A stretch of DNA of 64,000 nucleotides from Deltaproteobacteria bacterium (GTDB lineage: Bacteria; Myxococcota_A; UBA9160; SMWR01), in assembly GCA_019310425.1 (NCBI GenBank), contig JAFDEI010000003.1, positions 9,221-73,220 on the forward strand, given 5' to 3'. Position numbers and translations under genes: made by a program. Below the pieces are notes generated by a model. It had not been told where the DNA came from, ran no database searches, and saw nothing but the letters and a program-made list of their open reading frames with translations. Numbering within the stretch: the stretch's first letter is position 1; every line of letters begins with the position of its first letter. Below are positions 18,054 through 27,308 of the stretch, one piece after another.

Positions 18054-20945
18054 ATGCAGCCCTGGACCCAACAGGGACTCAGCCGACGGGATTTCTTGCG
18101 CACCGGAAGTGCCGGCGTGCTCGGTCTCGCCCTCACCCGATTGGCCCCCTTCGCCCCACACCAGGCTCGAGCCGACGCCACCGAACTCCCCGAAGCGCTC
18201 CAGTACGAAGATTGGGCGGATGTCTACCGCGAGAGGTGGACCTGGGACCGGATCGCCAAGGGCACCCACCACGTAAACTGCTGGTACCAGCGCGGCTGCA
18301 ACTGGAACATCTTCGTGAAGGAGGGCCTCGTCTTCCGCGAAGAGCAGGCGGCGGAGTATCCCCAGACCAATCCCGACGTGCCCGACTACAACCCCCGTGG
18401 CTGCCAGAAGGGGTCGTGCTTCAGCCACCGCATGTACGACGCCGGGCGACTCCAGCATCCCCTCAAACGCATCGGCAAGCGCGGCGAGGGAAAGTGGCAG
18501 CGCATCTCCTGGGAGCAGGCCCTCGAGGAGATCGCGGACGCCACCATCGACACTCTACGGGAGCACGGCCCGGGCTCGATCGTCTGGGATCTCGGCACGG
18601 CCGGCACCAACGGCAGCAATGGCCTCGGCATCGTTCGTACCTGCAATGTGCTCGACACGCCCTTTCTGAATGCGAATGCCGAAATCGGTGACCACCATCC
18701 CGGCGCGGCGGCGACCTTGGGCAAGATCTGCTTTGCAAGCTCTGCCGACGATCTCTTCTACTCCGATCTCATTCTGATCTGGGGTGGCAACCCGGTCTAT
18801 ACCCAGATCCCCAATGCCCACTTCATCAACGAGGCTCGCTACAAAGGTGCCGAGGTCGTCACCATCGCACCCGACTACAACGCCTCCTCGGTTCACGCCG
18901 ATATCTGGGCGCCGGTCAACGTGGGAAGCGATGCGGCCCTGGGTCTATCGATCTGCCAGGTCATGGTTGATGAGGGCTTGCACGACCCGGCATTCATCCG
19001 CGAGCAGACCGACCTCCCCCTCCTCGTTCGCAGGGACACGCGTCTCTTCCTGAGACAGAGCGATCTCGAAGAAGGGGGCAGCGATGACGTGTTCTACATC
19101 TTCGACTCGGCCGTGGGAGAAATTCGAGAGGTCAGTCAGGCAACGCTCGCCCTCGAAGGCGTCGAACCCGCGCTCGAGGGTGAGTTCGAGGTAGCAACCC
19201 GGGACGGTGAGATCACCGTGGAGCCGGTCTTTGCGGGGCTGAAACGGCAGCTCGCCGATTACACCCCGGAGCGAGCCACGAAGATCTGCGGCACGCCGGC
19301 GAGCCTGATTCGCAGTCTCGCACGCAAGATCGGCCGGGCCACGGCCGCCACCATCCTCACGCAATCGAACTTCTCGAAGTTCTATCACGGCCTCGAGATG
19401 GAGCGCGTGCAGATCCTCGTGCTCGCGTTGGCGGGACAGATTGGAAAGAAGGGGAGCGGCATCACGGGCTTCCCCTTCCTCTCGATCACGGGCGCGGATG
19501 CGCTGGGGATGGCACCCGGCTGGCTTCCGCCCAAGCTCGGGCTGATGGCGGTCGCCCTCGAGTCAGCCCCTTCGTTCATCAAGTCCAAACTCGCCGGCTT
19601 GACGGATGAGATGACGCTCTACGAGCTGACACGAGAGGAGTATGCGAGCGGCCGATATATTTCCGCGAACCTATTCTTTCACGAGCACGGAGGTCTCGCC
19701 GACCGCTTGGGAAGTTCGCAGCGGTGGGACCCTTCCCTGCAGCGCAACTTGCAGAGCTATCTCGACGAAGCCGTGGAGAAGGGCTGGCAGCAGCTTCCGG
19801 TCACGCCTCCACGCATCTTCTTCGAGGTCGGCGGAAACATCCTGCGGCGTGTTCGCGGCTTCGACCGGCTCTACGAAGGATTCCTCCCGAAGCTCGACCT
19901 CCTCGTCACCGTGGACTGGCGCATGAGCAACACGGCCCTGCACAGCGACTACGTCCTCCCGGCCGCGACCTGGTACGAACGGGATGACATCACCTGGGCC
20001 ACACCGATCGCCCCCTTCGCCCACGTCACGACACGCGCAGTCGATCCCCTGGGCGAATCCAAATCGGATTGGGCCATCCAGTCGCTCGTGATGAAGACCA
20101 TCCAGAAGCGGGCCATCGACCGAGGACTCACGGAATTCAGCGATCGCAGCGGGAACAAGAGACACCTCGACCGGGTCTGGGATGAGTTCAGCTTCAACGG
20201 TCGTTTCGGGGAGGACGACGGCGAGGCCCTGCTCGAGGAGATCTTCTCGTCCGTGACCAATCTCGGAGGAATCAGCTGGCAAGATCTCAAACAGAAGGGT
20301 TTCGAACGCTATACCGAACTCGGGATGAGCTTTACCAACATCGGCAATGCGACCGATATCGCGCCCAACGAAACCATCACCGCCAACACCTGGCATACGA
20401 ACGACAAGCTCCCGTGGCCCACCCTTACCCGGCGCATGCAGTTCTACATCGATCACCCCTTTTATCTCGAGCTCGGCGAAGAGCTGCCCGTCCACAAGGA
20501 CAACCCGGCGATCGGAGGCGACTACCCGCTTGCGCTGACCGGAGGCCATACCCGCTGGTCCATCCACTCGATCTGGCGAGACGAGAGCCTGCTGCTCCAC
20601 CTCCAGCGCGGTGAACCCCTCATGGTCATGAGCAGCGCCGACGCCTCGACGCGAAGGCTCCACGACGGAGATCACGCGCGCGTGTTCAACGATGTCGGCT
20701 CGTTCGAGGTGCAGGTCAAGGTCTCGTCGGCACTTCGCCGCGGACAGCTGATCGTCTACCACGCTTGGGAGCCCTATCAATTCAAGGACGGCCGCTCGCA
20801 CCAGAGCGTCATACCCAGCCCCATCAACCCGCTGCATCTCGCCGGCGGGTATTTCCACTTGCGCCCCAACATGCTCTTCGGTGAACCCGGCTCGAACGAC
20901 CGGGGCACACGCGTCGAGGTCGAAGCCGCAGCCGTAAGGACGTGA
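18054..20945 (+). CDS. Tat-exported molybdopterin (DMSO reductase family) oxidoreductase catalytic subunit
   Basis: I chose the ATG at 18054, after GGAGGGCGGAAGGA. The twin-arginine signal is LSRRDFLRTGSAGVLGLAL. The N-terminal FeS motif is THHVNCWYQRGCNW...PRGCQKG. The MopB-type core includes LILIWGGNPVYT and VTIAPDY. The C-terminal barrel includes LTGGHTRWSIHS. Confidence 0.85.
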   Translation: MQPWTQQGLSRRDFLRTGSAGVLGLALTRLAPFAPHQARADATELPEALQYEDWADVYRERWTWDRIAKGTHHVNCWYQRGCNWNIFVKEGLVFREEQAAEYPQTNPDVPDYNPRGCQKGSCFSHRMYDAGRLQHPLKRIGKRGEGKWQRISWEQALEEIADATIDTLREHGPGSIVWDLGTAGTNGSNGLGIVRTCNVLDTPFLNANAEIGDHHPGAAATLGKICFASSADDLFYSDLILIWGGNPVYTQIPNAHFINEARYKGAEVVTIAPDYNASSVHADIWAPVNVGSDAALGLSICQVMVDEGLHDPAFIREQTDLPLLVRRDTRLFLRQSDLEEGGSDDVFYIFDSAVGEIREVSQATLALEGVEPALEGEFEVATRDGEITVEPVFAGLKRQLADYTPERATKICGTPASLIRSLARKIGRATAATILTQSNFSKFYHGLEMERVQILVLALAGQIGKKGSGITGFPFLSITGADALGMAPGWLPPKLGLMAVALESAPSFIKSKLAGLTDEMTLYELTREEYASGRYISANLFFHEHGGLADRLGSSQRWDPSLQRNLQSYLDEAVEKGWQQLPVTPPRIFFEVGGNILRRVRGFDRLYEGFLPKLDLLVTVDWRMSNTALHSDYVLPAATWYERDDITWATPIAPFAHVTTRAVDPLGESKSDWAIQSLVMKTIQKRAIDRGLTEFSDRSGNKRHLDRVWDEFSFNGRFGEDDGEALLEEIFSSVTNLGGISWQDLKQKGFERYTELGMSFTNIGNATDIAPNETITANTWHTNDKLPWPTLTRRMQFYIDHPFYLELGEELPVHKDNPAIGGDYPLALTGGHTRWSIHSIWRDESLLLHLQRGEPLMVMSSADASTRRLHDGDHARVFNDVGSFEVQVKVSSALRRGQLIVYHAWEPYQFKDGRSHQSVIPSPINPLHLAGGYFHLRPNMLFGEPGSNDRGTRVEVEAAAVRT

Positions 20946-21111
20946 TCACCGGCCGAAGCCGTGTTTCTTCGAGCATTCGCTGCGCGTCTGCTGCACTCGC
21001 ACTGCGTGTCCGCTGCGGGTATCGGCACAATCCCGCCGAGTCGTTCAGGTTCGGGCGATGGAACGCCGATCTCCTGGGTATACCCAAGCGGGTGTACCGG
21101 AGGAAGCGGGT

Positions 21112-22443
21112 ATGTCGAGAACCAGGCTGCAGCTGCTCATCGCGTTCATCACGATCGGACTCGCAGTGGCGACGACGTCGCCCGCATTCGGTTCCGATCC
21201 CTATACGGTCGAGAAGGTCGCGCTGGAAGGCGAGACGGCTCCGGGAGCGGGCGGTGCGACCTACGCACCCATCGATTCGTTCACGGTCGACATGAACGCG
21301 GGCGGTGACATCGCCTTCGGCGCGACTCTCTCGGGCCCTCCTCCGAATTGGGGCGTCTTCGTCTATAGCGGTGGCGTAGGCAGCGCACGGGGTTTGACGG
21401 GCGACGCCGCGCCGGCGCCGCTCACCGGAAGCTATCTCGCGTTCGGCTATCCCCACATCGACGATACGGGGGACGTCTCGCTGGGTGTCCTTGTCAGCTC
21501 GGGCGCGAACGCGCTGCTTCTCGCGGGCGAATCGGGCGACAGCGTGTTGGTAAGCGACAGCGACACCGCGCCCGGATCGGGTGGAACCCTCGCGTTCAGC
21601 GCCGGCTCCCTGTCCTTCCACGCACGCGGAACGGGCGGCGCCGGAGTCTTCCAATCACCCGTTACGGGTGGCTCGAATCCGAGCGGCGTCTTCGTTGGGA
21701 CGAGCAGCGGGGTGGCGCTCGAAGGCAATCCGAGCCCGGCGGGTGGGACCTACTCATCGTTCAGTTACCCCGGCGGGAACTCGAGCGGCAAGGTCGCGTT
21801 CCCCGCCACCCTTTCGGGCGCTACCGCAGCGGGCGGACTGTTCACTGACTCGGGCGGAGGCCCCGTCGCGCTCGCGCTCGAAGGCGATCTCGAGCCCGGC
21901 GGCGAGACCTTCCTCGACTTTCTGCTGCCGCAGGTCAACGCTTCGGGCGCCGTGTTCTTCATCGGCACCTGGGCACCCCTCGAAAACGGTCAGGGCGGCC
22001 TCTACGTGGACGATTTCGGAGGGCTCCACTCGATGCTCCGCACCGACGAGCCCATGCCCGAGACCGGCGGTGCCACCATTGCGAGCATGACCGGCCTACC
22101 GCACTTCTCGGACGGTGGTCGCATTACGTTCAGCGCGACGCTCAGCGGGGGTGACTTCGACGCGGGGGTCTTCGTGATGGAGTCGAACGGCAGTGTGCGC
22201 GTCGTCGCCCGCCACGGCGACCCCGTGCCCGGTACCGTGTCCGATACATTCACGGGTTTCGGGCACGCAGCCGGCAACGACGTGGGGCAGGTCGCATTCG
22301 CGGGTATGACGAGCACCAGCGGCACCGGTGTGTTCCTCGCCACCGCGCCTGCTTCCCCAGTGCCGTCCGCATCGGCCGCCGCTCGCGCCTTGATCGCGGG
22401 CCTCGTGCTACTGGTCGGCGGTCAGCTCGTCCGAATCAAGTAA
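21112..22443 (+). CDS. Secreted Gly/Ser-rich repeat protein with a C-terminal hydrophobic anchor
   Basis: ATG 21112 follows GGAGGAAGCGGG. The signal is MSRTRLQLLIAFITIGLAVATTSPAFG. A recurring unit is seen (GDIAFGATLSG, GKVAFPATLSG, GRITFSATLSG, GQVAFAGMTS). The tail is SPVPSASAAARALIAGLVLLVGGQLVRIK. Confidence 0.6.
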   Translation: MSRTRLQLLIAFITIGLAVATTSPAFGSDPYTVEKVALEGETAPGAGGATYAPIDSFTVDMNAGGDIAFGATLSGPPPNWGVFVYSGGVGSARGLTGDAAPAPLTGSYLAFGYPHIDDTGDVSLGVLVSSGANALLLAGESGDSVLVSDSDTAPGSGGTLAFSAGSLSFHARGTGGAGVFQSPVTGGSNPSGVFVGTSSGVALEGNPSPAGGTYSSFSYPGGNSSGKVAFPATLSGATAAGGLFTDSGGGPVALALEGDLEPGGETFLDFLLPQVNASGAVFFIGTWAPLENGQGGLYVDDFGGLHSMLRTDEPMPETGGATIASMTGLPHFSDGGRITFSATLSGGDFDAGVFVMESNGSVRVVARHGDPVPGTVSDTFTGFGHAAGNDVGQVAFAGMTSTSGTGVFLATAPASPVPSASAAARALIAGLVLLVGGQLVRIK

Positions 22444-22564
22444 CAACGACGTCTCGGCGTCACTTGGCTAACTTCCGCAAACCGGTCGAAGAGGCCCCCT
22501 TTCCGAGCCCGCCGATGGCAGGACTGGGGGGGGGCTTCCGCAAGATCGGAGCGGGGATTCGAAC

Positions 22565-23395
22565 GTGACCATCATCAAGGAAGCGGCTGCACTTCTCGAA
22601 GCGAAGCTCGGCAGCTCGTTCGAGGACTTGACCATCGAACGCCTGGTCGTCGGCCTCTTCTTTACCGGGGTCAAGCTGTCCAACGGTCGGGGGGGCATCT
22701 GTTTCACACCGGTCAAGGAACTTCCCGAAGCGGTGTGCTGCCCCACCTCAGCGGGCAAGGGCTTCGATCCCACGAAGGTGAACGGAAGCGCGGTGAGGGC
22801 GATACTCGAGAGCAGGGGGCAGGGCAAGCCGATTCAGGTCGCCACCCAGATCGCCACATTGAACGCCCTCAGCGCCACCGTCTTCCTGGACGAGGGACGG
22901 GGCGGCTACCTCATCGAAGAACCTCGGGATGCCTTGGACGACGTTCACCTCGAACCGGGAACCAGAGCCGCGGTCGTCGGTGCGATGGTCCCCGCCATTC
23001 GCAAACTCAAACAGGCCAGGGTCGACTACTCAGTCATCGAAAAGGATCCCCGTACCCTCAAGGGCGATGAGCTCGCCCACTACGTCCCGGCGAAAGCGGC
23101 CGCCCCCGTGCTTCATCAGGCCGATACCGTCATCATTACCGGCGCAACCCTGGCCACCGGAACGCTGGAAGAAATCCTCGATGCCACAAATCCCGAGGCG
23201 ACGGTCATCGTGCTCGGCCCCTCCTCGGGTTTCGTGCCCGAGCCTCTTTTCGAAAGAAACGTCGATGTGGTCGGGGGAGTTCTCGTCAAGGAGACTGACG
23301 CACTCCTCGATGTGCTGTCGGCCGGCGGCTCCGGTTATCACTTCTTCGACGACCTGGCCTCGCGCACCGTCATCCGACGATCGGCACAATCATGA
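22565..23395 (+). CDS. DUF4213/DUF364 (putative heavy-metal chelation, Rossmann-like) domain protein
   Basis: 276 aa with a GTG start. The N-terminal LVVGLFFTGVKLSNGRGGICFTP and the later VVGAMVPAIRKL...VIITGATLATGTLEEIL match my memory of the DUF4213+DUF364 architecture. Confidence 0.6.
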   Translation: MTIIKEAAALLEAKLGSSFEDLTIERLVVGLFFTGVKLSNGRGGICFTPVKELPEAVCCPTSAGKGFDPTKVNGSAVRAILESRGQGKPIQVATQIATLNALSATVFLDEGRGGYLIEEPRDALDDVHLEPGTRAAVVGAMVPAIRKLKQARVDYSVIEKDPRTLKGDELAHYVPAKAAAPVLHQADTVIITGATLATGTLEEILDATNPEATVIVLGPSSGFVPEPLFERNVDVVGGVLVKETDALLDVLSAGGSGYHFFDDLASRTVIRRSAQS

Positions 23396-23478
23396 CCGGC
23401 GTTGCCGCATGAACCGCAGGTCCAACGCGATCAACGGCCCTGACCCTCGCGATGCGAGGGAAAGACCACCAGCCCCGT

Positions 23479-24465
23479 TCAGGAAACCGCGGATCCGACC
23501 TGGAAGCCCAGCTCGCGATACTGCGGCGCCACGCGGTCGGTGATGAGACCCACCCGATCCAGCTGGGGCACCACGTGGTCTCTCAGCGTGCTGGGCGCGG
23601 ATTCCTGGAACGCCGGGTCGGAATCCTTCTCCCGGATTTCGGCGATGGCGGCGTCGTAGTCGATGCCCATCTCCTCGTAGATCTTCTGCCGACTCGACAT
23701 GCCCCCCGCACTGCTTCCTCCTCCGCCAGTGGCCAGTGCGCGAACGGCCCCCACGGCGAAGTCCTCGATGCGCTCGCGGTCCGGGTCGGACATGCGCGGC
23801 AGCTCTTCCTTCATGTAGATCAGTCCGTAGGAGACGTGACGTGCCTCGTCTTGAGCGGTGAGCTCCACGATGTTTCTCAGCAGATCATCCTTGGTACCCG
23901 CCTGCATGGCCTTGAAGCTACCCATGGCCAGGCTCTCGGTAATCACCTGCATGCCGACACATTTCATCTGCCAGAGGTCCGCCTCGAGGATCGCGTTCAG
24001 CACGCCCTGCAGTACTGGCTCGATGGGGTAGACCTGATCCAGCAGCTTGATGTAGCGGTGGAAGACCTCCACGTGGCGGGCCTCATCCACCACCTGGGTT
24101 GCGGCGTAGAGCTTGCCGTCGATGTCCGGAACAGCCTCCACCAGCTGACCGCAGCAGAGCAGCGCACCCTGCTCCCCGTGCAGAAACTGCGAGAGCGACC
24201 AGGCCGAGCGCTTGGCCGCGAACTCGATGCGCTTCTCCGGGGGCAACGCCTTCACGAAGTCGTAACGCTTGAAACGTTCCGCGGTGGGGTCCAGGACGTC
24301 TCCGACCCCTTCCTTGTTGATTTCGAGTTCCCACGGAATATCGGTTGCGGCGTTCCACTGCTGTTTCTTGGCGGTCTCGTAGAGGTCTCGCAACGCCCCC
24401 ACGTGGGTCTCATAATCAAACTTCCAGTGCGTCGTCAGAGTGGTAACGATGGATTCGACTGTCAT
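23479..24465 (-). CDS. Ferritin-like di-iron carboxylate protein (AurF-like oxygenase family candidate)
   Basis: There are two E...EXXH pairs: HGEQGALL...DEARHVEVF and ITESLAMG...DEARHVSYG. 328 aa. Confidence 0.7.
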   Translation of the reverse strand: MTVESIVTTLTTHWKFDYETHVGALRDLYETAKKQQWNAATDIPWELEINKEGVGDVLDPTAERFKRYDFVKALPPEKRIEFAAKRSAWSLSQFLHGEQGALLCCGQLVEAVPDIDGKLYAATQVVDEARHVEVFHRYIKLLDQVYPIEPVLQGVLNAILEADLWQMKCVGMQVITESLAMGSFKAMQAGTKDDLLRNIVELTAQDEARHVSYGLIYMKEELPRMSDPDRERIEDFAVGAVRALATGGGGSSAGGMSSRQKIYEEMGIDYDAAIAEIREKDSDPAFQESAPSTLRDHVVPQLDRVGLITDRVAPQYRELGFQVGSAVS

Positions 24466-24705
24466 GTCCTTGCCTCCGTCAGAGATGATCGGATGTCGTG
24501 GATCGAGCTCGGGGCGGCCCCCGTCGCCGAGTAGAGGCCACCGTCATTGTAGTAAAATGACTCACTTCTCTACAAACTGACCCATTACCGGATGTTTCCG
24601 GCGGTTGCAATTTCCCTTTCATGCAAGCAGAATATTGATCTCTCGTGCGAGTGCGCAAAGGGTGTGTAGCTGGCAACGACGACTTCACCCAGGAAGGAAA
24701 TCCCA

Positions 24706-25890
24706 TTGGAGTTCAACCCCTTCTCCGACGAATTCTTCAACGACCCTTATGAGATCTATCGGTATCTGCGCGACGAGGCGCCCGTGTACCACAACGAAGA
24801 ATGGGGTTTCTACGCGCTGTCCCGCTTCGAAGACGTGGTCGCGGCACACGTCGATCACCGGACCTATAGCTCCGCCCGAGGCGTGATGATTCAGGACATG
24901 AATCCCGCGGCCCTGAAGGCGACGCCCATGATGATCATGATGGATCCCCCGAAACAAACGCGACTGCGAAAGCTCCTCAGCAGCCGGTTTACACCGAGCA
25001 AAGTCGCCGACATGGAGCCGACACTGCGAGAGCTGGCCGGGAGTATTCTGGACCAGCTGGCCGATCGGGATTCCTTCGACTTCGTCAACGACTTCTCCTC
25101 CGTTTATCCCATGGACTTCATCAGCCAGCTGATAGGAGTACCCACGGAAGACCGGCTTCCGATTCGAAACCTCGTGGACGCATCGCTGACTCGCGAGGCG
25201 GGTACGCCCGACATTCCGGTGTCGGCCATCGAGGCAATGGCCGAAATGAATCTCTATTTCCGGGAATTCATCGCCGAGCGGCGCCGAAGTCCAAAGGACG
25301 ATCTGATCAGTGAACTCATGAGCGAGGAGGTGTTGCGGGAAGACGGAGTCCGCGACCGGCTGACGGACGCCGAGATTCTGGGCTTTGCCAGCCTGTTGGC
25401 CGCCGCGGGTGCTGAAACCACGACCAAGCTGATCAGTAATGCCCTGGTGCTGATCTGGCGCCACCCGGAGGTCCTCGAGCGCATCCTGGAGGATCCGGGC
25501 TGGATCTTCCTCGCCGTCGAGGAATCCCTGCGCTTCTGGCCACCCTCCCAGATTCAAGGCCGCTCCGCCACGCGGGACATCGAACTCCACGGCGTGAAGA
25601 TTCCCGAGGGCTCTCGCGTGCTCCTGCTCACCGGAGCGGCGTGCCGAGACGAGCGCGAGTATCCCGATCCGGACCGCTTCGACATCGAGCGCGAGATCCC
25701 GATTCAGGTTGCCCTGGGCCACGGGGCTCACAAGTGTCTGGGTTCGTTCCTCGCCCGCCTCGAGACGCGCGTCGCACTCGAAGAGTTCTTCGAACGCTTC
25801 CCCAAGTTCGAAGTGAACGAGGAAGCGTGCGAGAGAGTTCACATGTCGAACGTGGCCGGCTATTCGTCGGTTCCAATCTCCATCCGCTAG
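24706..25890 (+). CDS. Cytochrome P450
   Basis: The heme-thiolate loop is ALGHGAHKCLGSFLARLE, the I-helix is LLAAAGAETT, and the EXXR motif is EESLRF. TTG start follows AGGAAGGA. Confidence 0.9.
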   Translation: MEFNPFSDEFFNDPYEIYRYLRDEAPVYHNEEWGFYALSRFEDVVAAHVDHRTYSSARGVMIQDMNPAALKATPMMIMMDPPKQTRLRKLLSSRFTPSKVADMEPTLRELAGSILDQLADRDSFDFVNDFSSVYPMDFISQLIGVPTEDRLPIRNLVDASLTREAGTPDIPVSAIEAMAEMNLYFREFIAERRRSPKDDLISELMSEEVLREDGVRDRLTDAEILGFASLLAAAGAETTTKLISNALVLIWRHPEVLERILEDPGWIFLAVEESLRFWPPSQIQGRSATRDIELHGVKIPEGSRVLLLTGAACRDEREYPDPDRFDIEREIPIQVALGHGAHKCLGSFLARLETRVALEEFFERFPKFEVNEEACERVHMSNVAGYSSVPISIR

Positions 25891-25918
25891 CCCTCGACTC
25901 GATCCCAGGCGAGCGCCC

Positions 25919-27103
25919 CTACCCCACGATCCCCTTCGCGACCAGTTCCGCCTGCTCGGCTTCACTCAGACCGAGCTGTCTCAGTAGCTCGTCGCGGTGC
26001 TCTCCGAGAGTAGGAGCGTGGCGGGAAACCTCGGAAGGCGACTCGGAGAAGCGAGCCGGCGGGCGAGGGCGACGCATGCGTCCCATCACCGGGTGCTCCA
26101 CCTCTTCCACGATCCCGTTGTTCTTGACCTGAGGATGGTCCGCGACCTGGTTGGTCGTCAGCACCGGTGAGCAGGGAACATCCTCACGTTCGAAGGCGGC
26201 GACGAATTCTTCGACGGTCATCGTCAGGGATGCGGCTCGAGTCTCGGCCGTGAACTCATCCAGATTGGCGAGGAGCGCGTTCACCGTCGAGAAGCGCTCA
26301 TCCTCGATGAACTCGGGGCGGCCGACGGCGCGCATGATCCCGTGGATCTGCTCCTGGGTGATGGCCGCGACCGCGGCATGGCCATCCGCGAGTTCGATCA
26401 TCCGGTAGCCGTTCGCGATGGGCGGACGCAGCTCGACGCCCTCACCGAGAAGTGTGTCTCGACCCATTCCGTCGGGCCACAGGAAGTGCAGCGCAGCATC
26501 GAGCATCGAGAGCTGAACGTGCTGCCCCTCGCCGCTGCGCTCCCTGTGGAGGAGAGCAGCGGTGATGGCCTGGGAAGCCGTCAGGGCCGTGAGCTTGTCC
26601 ACCATCGCGTTCTGGACGAAGCGTGGCTCCTCGGTCTGGATGTCCGCCTGTACCGAGGCGACCCCGGACAAGGCCTGCACGACGTGGTCGAAGGCAGGCT
26701 TGTTCGACCAGGGGCCATCCGGACCGAATGCGCTGACCGAGACATAGATGAGGTCCGGGCGCACCCGGCGCAATCGGGCCTCGTCGATCTCGATTCGCTC
26801 CACCACCCCGGGCCGGAAGTTCTGAACGAATACGTCGGCCCACTCCACCAGCTTGTAGAGGATCTCCCGGCCGGCCGCCTCGCGCAGATCGAGCGCCAGC
26901 GAGCGCTTGCTGCGATTGCAACCGGCAAAGACGGTCGAGATGCCGCCTCGGGCCGTCCCCAGATAGCGCATCACATCCCCGGTCCCGGTCGGCTCGACCT
27001 TGATCACGTCGGCCCCCTGGTCGGCCAGGATCATGGTTGCGAAGGGCCCGGTGATGTAGGCCGAGCAATCGACGATTCGCACTCCCTCGAGCGGACCGGG
27101 CAT
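25919..27103 (-). CDS. Family III CoA-transferase (CaiB/BaiF-like)
   Basis: I chose the internal ATG at 27103, after GGAGGA. The N-terminus MPGPLEGVRIVDCSAYITGPFATMILADQGADVIKVE is characteristic, and RPGVVERIEIDEARLRRVRPDLIYVSVSAFG follows. Confidence 0.9.
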   Translation of the reverse strand: MPGPLEGVRIVDCSAYITGPFATMILADQGADVIKVEPTGTGDVMRYLGTARGGISTVFAGCNRSKRSLALDLREAAGREILYKLVEWADVFVQNFRPGVVERIEIDEARLRRVRPDLIYVSVSAFGPDGPWSNKPAFDHVVQALSGVASVQADIQTEEPRFVQNAMVDKLTALTASQAITAALLHRERSGEGQHVQLSMLDAALHFLWPDGMGRDTLLGEGVELRPPIANGYRMIELADGHAAVAAITQEQIHGIMRAVGRPEFIEDERFSTVNALLANLDEFTAETRAASLTMTVEEFVAAFEREDVPCSPVLTTNQVADHPQVKNNGIVEEVEHPVMGRMRRPRPPARFSESPSEVSRHAPTLGEHRDELLRQLGLSEAEQAELVAKGIVG

Positions 27104-27308
27104 GGCGATTCCTCCAGGTGATCGGACGATGGAGCCATGATGCGGGTCGACGGTGATCGGAGTCAAGCTGAAAAGTTCCCGCCTTTGATGGCACGGAATT
27201 CCGGTAGGCGGCGAATCAGGCCGGAGGGGGGACGTGCGATGAACGCCGAAGCTCCTAGACTATGCGATCCGAATACAGGCCGGCACGAGTAGGGCAAGGC
27301 GGGGAGCA

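Noticed and set aside
22548-22570. tRNA-like string GGAGCGGGGATTCGAACGTGACC. It is the reverse complement of a T-loop-like GTTCGAATCC, so it could be a tRNA or a tRNA-derived att remnant on the minus strand.
   Set aside because: The flanks do not form a T-stem or acceptor stem and no cloverleaf can be drawn. It overlaps the RBS and start of the DUF364 gene. No integrase or second repeat copy is nearby.
24688-24705. CCCAGGAAGGAAAT upstream of the P450 start shares CCAGGAAGG with the two MarR boxes.
   Set aside because: It lacks the AATAGCT and GGTA parts of the box and sits exactly where the P450 ribosome-binding site (AGGAAGGA) is expected. The similarity is explained by the Shine-Dalgarno sequence.
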